64,000 nt of DNA from a virus: IMG/VR virus record IMGVR_UViG_3300044712_002706, positions 1-64,000 of that record; one strand, given 5' to 3'. This document shows, piece after piece, positions 56,893 through 64,000 of the stretch (position 1 is its first letter; every line of letters starts with the position of its first letter). The notes under the pieces are model-generated. The model saw only the letters and a program-made list of their open reading frames with translations, made no database searches and was not told the origin of the DNA. Both the position numbers and the translations under genes were made by a program.

Positions 56893-57693
56893 ATGACTGA
56901 TTTAGCGTTAGTCACTGCAAACCGCCTGTATCTGGTTGAAAGTCTGGAGCAGATGACCCTGCCCGCTGTGGAAGCGATTGTGGCGGGCCAGTCTGTTCGG
57001 ATCGACACCAGCACAGGCAAGTTCACCAAAGCCAATGGCACCACGGCCGCAGAAAAGCGGGCGTATGGCATGGCACTCAAGACCGTGGCCGCCGGGCAGC
57101 CGGTGACGGCGGTTCGTAAGGGTGTGGTAGATGGGTACGATTTATCGGGCCTGGCCTACGACGCCGATGTATATTTGTCGGATACCGATGGAATGCCGGC
57201 GGACGCCGCAGGCACCGTCGAGCGGAAAATCGCCAAGGTTATCCCAGCCTTTGCCACCACCCTGGGAACGGCGGCAGATAAACTGCTGCGCGTGGATTAC
57301 AACGAAGGCGAGCAATCGCAGGTATTGGTTGTCACCAGTGAATTACTGGCAGCCAGCGTGGATAAGTGGATGTTCGTAGCCGACCGCCCTTACCAGGTGA
57401 CCGGCGTCCGTGAAATCCATAGCGTTGTTGGCGGGTCCGGCGCAGTGGTACGCCCTCGCAAGGTGACCGCTGCCGGAACCGACGCCCCCGGTGCTGCAGC
57501 TGGCACGACCGTGAAGGAATTGACCGCCGCCGACATCGGCCTGGAAACCACCATCAACACCACCCAAAGCCCGGCGCTTTCGGCCACCGCTGCCGACCTG
57601 CTGTTGGCCGCCGGTGACAAAATCGGCCTGAACCTGGGCGGCACATTGACCGGCTTGGTGGGGAGCATCTCCATCATCCTGAAGGCGCTGTAG
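56893..57693 (+). CDS. Head decoration-like protein (copy B)
   Basis: Paralog of 679..1479. Confidence 0.65.
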   Translation: MTDLALVTANRLYLVESLEQMTLPAVEAIVAGQSVRIDTSTGKFTKANGTTAAEKRAYGMALKTVAAGQPVTAVRKGVVDGYDLSGLAYDADVYLSDTDGMPADAAGTVERKIAKVIPAFATTLGTAADKLLRVDYNEGEQSQVLVVTSELLAASVDKWMFVADRPYQVTGVREIHSVVGGSGAVVRPRKVTAAGTDAPGAAAGTTVKELTAADIGLETTINTTQSPALSATAADLLLAAGDKIGLNLGGTLTGLVGSISIILKAL

Positions 57694-57703
57694 GAGGCAC
57701 ATC

Positions 57704-58795
57704 ATGGCTAACCAAGTTCTTATGGGATTTCTGAACCTTCAGGGTATGTTCGACCAGCGCGTAAGCTCTGTCAACATTGACCTGATCAACACTGCTATTC
57801 AGCAGAGCGTGGATGAGCACAACCGGCAGGTTGCGGCAGTGATGTCGTTATTCGTCGCCAAAAATCCGCGCTTCAACCAATCGCCAACAGTCCGTTTCAA
57901 AACCCCTGTTGCGGTTCGTAATCAACCCCTCGATGAAAATGGCCGCGCTCGCCCGATTCGTGTAGCGGGTCATTATGACGTGGCGTTCCCCCTGCAAGGC
58001 AGCGGTAACGCCTGGGGTGCGAATTTCGTGGCCCGCGAGAAGATGACGGTGGAAGATGCCAACAACATCACTGCCACCCTCATCGATGGCGACACGCGTT
58101 GGATGCGTGACCACGTACTGGCGGGCTTGTTCACCAACGTCAGTTGGACGTATACCGACGATGATGACGATGTGGGCAGCCTGACCATCAAAGGCCCGGC
58201 CAACGGCAACACCGACACCTATCTGGTGCAAGGTGGTGCAGATGCGGGTGCGACCGATACCCACTTCCTGGCGCAGTCTGATGCTATCGCCACTGCCCAC
58301 AACCCATTCCCGACCATGTATCAGGAACTCATGGAGCACCCTGAGAACGGCGGGGAAGCGGTATGCTTCGTGCCGACATCCAATAAGGCTGCCGTCGAAG
58401 GCGTCAGCGGGTTTGTGGTAGCACGCCGACCGAACGACCCCGTTCAACCGGGTTCAAGCACCGACGTGCTGGTAGGCGACCTGCCGGCCAGCGTTCCGGG
58501 CAAGCTCTTTGGGTATCTCAACGATACATGGATGGTTCACTGGCCGACCCTGCCGACGGATTACCTGATCGAAGTCGCCACCCAGGGCGAGCGAGCTTTG
58601 GGGATGCGCGAGCACCCCGAAGCCAGCTTACAGGGCTTCAAACGGGTGGCCGAACGCAATGACCATCCCTTCATGGAAGCGCAGTACCTTCGCTTCGCCG
58701 GGTTCGGCGCATGGAACCGGGTGGGCGTGGTCGTGCAGCGCGTGGGCAATGGCAGCTATGCCATCCCCACCAACTTCACCAGCCCGATGCCCTAA
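57704..58795 (+). CDS. Major capsid protein (copy B)
   Basis: Paralog of 1490..2578. Confidence 0.75.
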   Translation: MANQVLMGFLNLQGMFDQRVSSVNIDLINTAIQQSVDEHNRQVAAVMSLFVAKNPRFNQSPTVRFKTPVAVRNQPLDENGRARPIRVAGHYDVAFPLQGSGNAWGANFVAREKMTVEDANNITATLIDGDTRWMRDHVLAGLFTNVSWTYTDDDDDVGSLTIKGPANGNTDTYLVQGGADAGATDTHFLAQSDAIATAHNPFPTMYQELMEHPENGGEAVCFVPTSNKAAVEGVSGFVVARRPNDPVQPGSSTDVLVGDLPASVPGKLFGYLNDTWMVHWPTLPTDYLIEVATQGERALGMREHPEASLQGFKRVAERNDHPFMEAQYLRFAGFGAWNRVGVVVQRVGNGSYAIPTNFTSPMP

Positions 58796-58807
58796 GCCTG
58801 TTTTGAT

Positions 58808-58839
58808 AGCGGGGGCAGCCTGGCTGCCCCCGCTCTTTT
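58808..58839 (+). terminator. Terminator after MCP
   Basis: AGCGGGGGCAGCC-T-GGCTGCCCCCGCT-CTTTT. Confidence 0.65.
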
Positions 58840-58849
58840 AGGAGCTTAC

Positions 58850-59236
58850 ATGCACCCACGAATTCTAGCCGAACGCACTGCTCTGGCCGCTGAGCGTCTG
58901 ACCGAGGACGCCCGACGGCTGGCCCAGGCACTCGACCTACCAGAAGACCTGGTCAAAGACCTGACCCCAGACGAAAACAATGTACAGGTCAGGCCGATGC
59001 TGGTGCTGGAAGCCTGCGCCAACCTGGTGAAAGCGGCTGCCGATAAGTTGGCTCAGCCAGTCGAGATTGAGCCGATCCCCCCATTCGTAATCGAAACCCA
59101 GGAAGGCAACATCACTCTGGAGCTTTCTGCAATATCGCCGGCACCTATCGCCGAAACCGGCGATGGTGTGGCCAACACCGCCATTTCCGACGGTACTGAA
59201 GCAAAAACGAAGGTGAAGCGTGGCGGCTCCAAGTAG
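58850..59236 (+). CDS. Hypothetical phage protein (copy B)
   Basis: Paralog of 2639..2977. Confidence 0.7.
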   Translation: MHPRILAERTALAAERLTEDARRLAQALDLPEDLVKDLTPDENNVQVRPMLVLEACANLVKAAADKLAQPVEIEPIPPFVIETQEGNITLELSAISPAPIAETGDGVANTAISDGTEAKTKVKRGGSK

Positions 59237-59678
59237 CTACACCGAGATCACCCTCGGCCAGTACGTGCTGAACGTGCTGGGCCAAATGGCCGCGTATATC
59301 GGATGGACGGACGCCGCGCATGCCGGCGAAGTGGTCAACGACATCCTGCTCGAACTGGGCGTGGACGATATCAGCACGATCAGCGGGTCCGAAAACATCC
59401 GCCACCTGCGGGCTGTGGCTCGATATCACGCCTGGAAGACGGCGGCAGAGTTGACCAGCGGGAAGTATGACTTCTCGACCGGCGACTCAGGCAGCTTCAA
59501 GCGCAGCCAGATGCACACGATGGCCCAGGAAAACGCCGAGAAAGCACGAGCAGAAGCCAACGAGGCGGCGCTCGCTGCTGGCAGCGAAGCCTACCCGGGC
59601 TACGAAGTGACCACGGTGCAGGCGGTCTACCAAGAACCCTACCAGGCCAGCTATCTGCTTGACGAGGACGACCTGTGA
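59220..59678 (+). CDS. Head-tail adaptor (copy B)
   Basis: Paralog of 2961..3428. Confidence 0.6.
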   Translation: MAAPSSYTEITLGQYVLNVLGQMAAYIGWTDAAHAGEVVNDILLELGVDDISTISGSENIRHLRAVARYHAWKTAAELTSGKYDFSTGDSGSFKRSQMHTMAQENAEKARAEANEAALAAGSEAYPGYEVTTVQAVYQEPYQASYLLDEDDL

Positions 59679-60040
59679 TCGAAGAAGCCGAACTGGCCGA
59701 CTTGCAGACCGACGCCGTGGAGAGTTTGACCACGGCGTGCTACGTTTCGCACACGCCACTTGTCAGCGACGGCGCTGGCGGCCAGGTGAACGGCTCCACC
59801 GTTCTCTACGGGCCGTATCTGTGCCGGGTGGAGCAGAGCGGTCGCAATGCCGACAGTATCCCCGTCGTCGCCGGCGGGCAATCGCCCAGGCGCTATGTAT
59901 ACATCGTCCTCGAACCCGGTGCACTCGTTTCCCCGCAGGACACAATCGTCGTCGGGTTGAAACGCTACCCGGTGATCTCCGTCCCCGACCGCACGCTGAG
60001 CATTCTACTGCGAGTGCAGTGCTGGGAGTCGCTTTCATGA
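59675..60040 (+). CDS. Head closure protein (copy B)
   Basis: Paralog of 3425..3796. Confidence 0.65.
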   Translation: MIEEAELADLQTDAVESLTTACYVSHTPLVSDGAGGQVNGSTVLYGPYLCRVEQSGRNADSIPVVAGGQSPRRYVYIVLEPGALVSPQDTIVVGLKRYPVISVPDRTLSILLRVQCWESLS

Positions 60041-60450
60041 TCACGCCAGTCGTCAAAATCGTTGAGAACCGCATCCCCTTGCTGACGGATACCGTCCGCC
60101 AGCGAGCGAGTGATTTGACGATGAAGACGGCGCTGCGCATCCAGGGCCGCATTCGCACCGGCATGGCTGATGCCAAGACCGGACGGGTGTATCTGCGGCG
60201 TGGAATCGCCCACCGGGCCAGCGCCCCGGGCGAGATGCCGGCAGTAGATACCAGCCACCTTTCCAACTCAATCCAGGTGGAACGCATGCCCGATGGCGTA
60301 AGTGCGGCGGTCTTCACCAACGCCGAATACGCTGAAGTGCTGGAGTTTGGCGGAGCGAGAACTGAAGCCAGGCCTTTCATGCAGCCGGCAGCGGATGACG
60401 AGATACCCGGCTTCGAAGCCGAAGTAAATCGCCTTCTAGCAGGACTATAA
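60037..60450 (+). CDS. HK97 gp10-like protein (copy B)
   Basis: Paralog of 3793..4209; ATG at 60037. Confidence 0.8.
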   Translation: MITPVVKIVENRIPLLTDTVRQRASDLTMKTALRIQGRIRTGMADAKTGRVYLRRGIAHRASAPGEMPAVDTSHLSNSIQVERMPDGVSAAVFTNAEYAEVLEFGGARTEARPFMQPAADDEIPGFEAEVNRLLAGL

Positions 60451-60452
60451 CG

Positions 60453-60851
60453 ATGGAGCTGATCGACGTTGAGAACCTGATCCATGACCGGTTGACCGCA
60501 GACGGCGCACTGGCGGCTATCGTAGGCGACCGCGTGTACTCGATGGATGCTCCAAAGGGTGCTGCGATGCCCTACGTGGTCTACAAGCTGAGCAGCGCAC
60601 CGGTGACCAACGGCGTAGGCGGTGTGGTGATCCTGGCCAGGCCCAGCTACCTTATCGTCGTATCTGGACAAACTCGTTCGCTGTCGTCTCTCGAAGCGGC
60701 CGCAGAGCGAGTGCTGGCACTTTTGCAGGGCAACTTCGGGGCCATTGGCGGCGTGCTGCGCGAGCAGGTGGCCTACCCTGAACTCTTCGATGGCATTTCC
60801 TACCGCCATCTTGGCGGCCTATTTGACTTTTATGCTTCGCCCACTTCATAG
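60453..60851 (+). CDS. Tail terminator (copy B)
   Basis: Paralog of 4209..4604. Confidence 0.75.
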   Translation: MELIDVENLIHDRLTADGALAAIVGDRVYSMDAPKGAAMPYVVYKLSSAPVTNGVGGVVILARPSYLIVVSGQTRSLSSLEAAAERVLALLQGNFGAIGGVLREQVAYPELFDGISYRHLGGLFDFYASPTS

Positions 60852-60866
60852 GGCGTGGAGGTAATT

Positions 60867-62168
60867 ATGACAGAACGTGCTTCGATTTTCCAGAATGCAC
60901 AAATCGGCGTCGAAACTGTCCCCGGTACAGCTGTGCTGGCGACAAAACAGCTTTCATCCCTGATGATCAGCATGGGGATGAAGTTCGACGTGAAAAAGTA
61001 TCGCCCTTCTGGGTATCGCTTCCCCACGATTGTTGTCCCTAACAAAGAATGGGTGGAGCACAAACTGAGCGGGCCGGTCACCTATAACGAGATGGTGTAT
61101 CTGCTCAGTTCTCTAATCAAGACCGTAACGCCGACAGGCGGTGGTACGGAAAAAACATGGACTTTCTCCCCCACCACCAAGAAAGAAGACGCCCACAAGA
61201 CGTTTACCCTCGAGCAGGGTGACATATATCGGGCGCACCGCGTGACCAATTTCCTGGTGACGGCGCTGACGCTGAACTTCAGCCGGGATGAATGCACGCT
61301 GGACGGCACAGCGATCAGCAAGGCGCTTGAAGACGACATCCATGTTTCGACGGATGCCAAATACACCCTGACGGCCAACGCCACCCCTCCCACGTCTGGT
61401 ACGTTCACGCTGACGATGGGCGGGCAGACGACATCTGGCATTCAATACAACGCCACAGCGGCGGCTGTTCAAACGGCGCTCGAGGCCTTGAGCACCATTG
61501 GGGCTGGCAATGTCATCGTCACCCGCACCACGGGCACTTCCACGCTGGCCCAGGCGAATGCCGTCTACACCATCGAATTCGTGGCCGACCTCGGCCAGCA
61601 GGCTATCACCTTGACCGGTGTATTCACCAGCCTGACCGCATCGGGAAGCATTGCCCTTGCTTCGAGCCAGGTCGGCGCAGCTCCGACCGAGATCGCACCG
61701 AAACCAGTGCTACCGACCCACATCTGCGTTTACATGGCTGACACGCAGGCGGGCCTTGACGTAGCCAATGCCATGACGCGCGTACTCTCTGCGTCGTTTT
61801 CTCTGGCCGATATGTACGCGGCGCTGTGGGCACTCAACCGCAACGTGACATCTTTTGCCGCTACCGTCCCTACCGAACCAACGCTGGGTCTCAAGCTGAA
61901 GGTGGAAGCGGACGACGAAGGCATGACCCCGCTGACGACCCTGCGGGCCGGGCAAACCAAGTTTTTCCGCATCGAAGCCATCGGCGACACCATCAGCTCG
62001 GCTCCATACGAGCTGGGCATCGACTTCGCTGCCAAAGCGGAAGCGCCATCTGAATTCAGCGACGAAGACGGCGTTTTTGCCTTGGAGTGGTCGTTCACCG
62101 GTGTGCATGATGCCACCTGGGGCAAGGCCACCGAGCTGACCGTCGTCACCGATGTGACGAGCCTGTAA
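60867..62168 (+). CDS. Major tail tube protein (copy B)
   Basis: Paralog of 4623..5924. Confidence 0.75.
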   Translation: MTERASIFQNAQIGVETVPGTAVLATKQLSSLMISMGMKFDVKKYRPSGYRFPTIVVPNKEWVEHKLSGPVTYNEMVYLLSSLIKTVTPTGGGTEKTWTFSPTTKKEDAHKTFTLEQGDIYRAHRVTNFLVTALTLNFSRDECTLDGTAISKALEDDIHVSTDAKYTLTANATPPTSGTFTLTMGGQTTSGIQYNATAAAVQTALEALSTIGAGNVIVTRTTGTSTLAQANAVYTIEFVADLGQQAITLTGVFTSLTASGSIALASSQVGAAPTEIAPKPVLPTHICVYMADTQAGLDVANAMTRVLSASFSLADMYAALWALNRNVTSFAATVPTEPTLGLKLKVEADDEGMTPLTTLRAGQTKFFRIEAIGDTISSAPYELGIDFAAKAEAPSEFSDEDGVFALEWSFTGVHDATWGKATELTVVTDVTSL

Positions 62169-62193
62169 TCTGTAGTGTTGACGAAGGAGCGAT

Positions 62194-62631
62194 ATGTCTA
62201 TTTTGCTGAGTAACCTTGTTTTGGATGAACGCACCATTCCGGTGGTAGTTGGCAAAGACCAGGAAACGGGCGAAGATATGACGGTGATGATCACCTACCG
62301 CCCCAGCGGGTTGACGCCGGTGCTGGAGAGCAATTCTGCAAACCTGTCGGCCCGATTGGGGCTTGGGCCAGGCGTGGCCACCCTGCTTTCGGGCATGCTG
62401 ACGGATTGGGACATCGTCAACGACGAAGGCGAAACCATCCCAACCACCTACGAAGGCATGAGCATCATCCCCGACAAAGTGTTGTTCAAGATCAGGGATG
62501 CCATCATCGTGGACTTGCGCCAGGATAAGGAAGACCTAAAAAACTCAGGCGGTGGCTCGCATCGGAAGGGGAAGTCGGGGAATGCCCGGACTGGTACCCA
62601 GTCATCCGGGCGGCGCGGCTCGCTGGCGTAG
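62194..62631 (+). CDS. Tail assembly chaperone (copy B); -1 frameshift at 62538-62544 extends to 62786
   Basis: Paralog of 5937..6374; same CTA AAA AAC. Confidence 0.75.
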   Translation: MSILLSNLVLDERTIPVVVGKDQETGEDMTVMITYRPSGLTPVLESNSANLSARLGLGPGVATLLSGMLTDWDIVNDEGETIPTTYEGMSIIPDKVLFKIRDAIIVDLRQDKEDLKNSGGGSHRKGKSGNARTGTQSSGRRGSLA

Positions 62632-62789
62632 CGCCGTGGGAGCTGGCCGAGAAATCATCTGCCTGGACGCAGATGATTTTGACAGCCCAAAATGCCGAAG
62701 TGGGTGCTGAGAACGTGCGGCGCGAGAATGATGCACAAAGAGCACAGCACCTACGGGTGCGGCCACCGATTAGACGAAGACGATAAGTG

Positions 62790-62824
62790 AAAACGGGCGG
62801 GTGAGTGTATCGCCTGCCCGTTTT
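62790..62824 (+). terminator. Terminator-like hairpin before TMP
   Basis: AAAACGGGCGGGTGA...TCGCCTGCCCGTTTT. Confidence 0.6.
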
Positions 62825-62841
62825 GGTAAAAGGACAAAGAT

Positions 62842-64000
62842 ATGTCCATTACGCTGGCAAAACTTCTGGTGCTGGTTGGTGCAGACACCAAAGAAGCCGA
62901 ACAGGGCCTGGGAGATGTCAACAAGGCGCTGAAAGGCACGCAGTCCATTGGCGAGAATGCCCTGGGCGTGTTTTCGGGCGTCTTGATGGCGAAGGCCGTG
63001 CAGGGGGTGGCTTCGCTGGCGGCTGAAGGGCTGGAAGCCTACGCCAGCTACGAACGCCTGGGGATGTCGCTGAATGCCCTGTCTGCGCGTGAGCTGCTGG
63101 TTAGCGGCGGGGCGACGACGATGGCCGACGCAATGGAAGCGACCAAAGACCAGGGGCAGCAGCTCCTGGCGACCATCGAGCAGATCGGAATCAAGTCTCC
63201 GTTCCGCCAGGAGACCATCGCAGCCACCATGCAGACGGCGATGGGATACGGCATGGCATCGGACTTGGCTTTGGAGATGACGCAAAGCCTGGTGGATTTG
63301 TCGGCGGCGACCGGGCGGGGTGAGAAGGACCTGAACATGATGGGCCTGGCGCTGGGCCAGGTGTGGGCGAAGGGTAAGCTGACCGGCGAAGAGATGCGCC
63401 AGCTGACGAATGCGGGCCTTTCGGTGGCCGACGTCTCGCGGGCGATGAAGATCCCAATCGAAGACGTGGCCGGGGCGATCAGCGACGGGGCCATCAAGGC
63501 CAAAGAACTGATCCCGGCCTTGATTGACATGATCAACCTGGATTTTGGCGGGGAAGCGGAGAGACAATCCACCAGCTGGGCCGGGTTGATTTCCACCTTC
63601 GAAGACCTAAAAGAAGTCAATCTGCGTGAGTTCTTTGCCGGAACGCTTCAAGAGCTACAGCCATTGGCTGAAGAATTAGCGACTGCCCTGGCAGACCCAG
63701 AGTTCAGAGCACAGGTGCGCGAGACCGGGCAGGCGGTTGGCGACATGGTGGGCCAGATCGTGACATCGGGCCGAGAGCTGATTGATTTCTGGCAGGGCAT
63801 TCCCGGCCCAGTGCAGACGGCGCTTTTGGCCTTCGGGGGCACGATGCTGGTGGGGCCGCAGGTGGTTGGCGCATTCGGCTCGATGATGACGGGCGGCGTC
63901 AAACTGCTGCAAGTGATGCAGCAATTACAAAACGGCGTGGGCTTCTTCGCCGTGGCCCAGCAGGGCGCTATCGGCCTGACCGGAGCACTCCTGCCCGTTG
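62842..64000 (+). CDS. Tape measure protein (copy B, runs off the window)
   Basis: ATGTCCATTACGCTGGCAAAA..., colinear with 6636 onward. Confidence 0.9.
   Translation, partial: MSITLAKLLVLVGADTKEAEQGLGDVNKALKGTQSIGENALGVFSGVLMAKAVQGVASLAAEGLEAYASYERLGMSLNALSARELLVSGGATTMADAMEATKDQGQQLLATIEQIGIKSPFRQETIAATMQTAMGYGMASDLALEMTQSLVDLSAATGRGEKDLNMMGLALGQVWAKGKLTGEEMRQLTNAGLSVADVSRAMKIPIEDVAGAISDGAIKAKELIPALIDMINLDFGGEAERQSTSWAGLISTFEDLKEVNLREFFAGTLQELQPLAEELATALADPEFRAQVRETGQAVGDMVGQIVTSGRELIDFWQGIPGPVQTALLAFGGTMLVGPQVVGAFGSMMTGGVKLLQVMQQLQNGVGFFAVAQQGAIGLTGALLPV

Overview
The window is entirely temperate siphovirus DNA. The host is probably Chloroflexi/Anaerolineae-like, inferred from PT-rich linkers, a YFPLI C-terminal motif and a CACAGAG-type palindromic repeat. 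Two clearly related but diverged head-tail operons lie about 56.2 kb apart: copy A at 1-14871 and copy B at 56191->64000. Between them, in order, are: a cargo region (complete type I R-M system, TPR protein, low-GC kinase/receiver cassette); a leftward operon with a replication initiator, membrane proteins and an FtsK/TraB-like ATPase; a tyrosine integrase followed by an attP-like site made of the 5' half of tRNA-Leu(UAA); an immunity switch; early genes (DdrB-like ssDNA protein, PolB-type exonuclease); lysis genes; a split terminase; a His-repeat fibre cassette; and the portal. The simplest reading is the junction of two tandem, related prophages of about 56 kb. The most notable unexplained structure is a twice-repeated late-operon leader with covarying, mutually exclusive terminator/antiterminator folds, located directly behind a small DUF2292/YezD-like gene. 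Other notable features are promoter-driven small RNAs sharing a UGCCCCCCUCA loop and a conjugation-like TraB module inside a tailed phage. All calls come from reading the sequence and the ORF track; no database searches were run.
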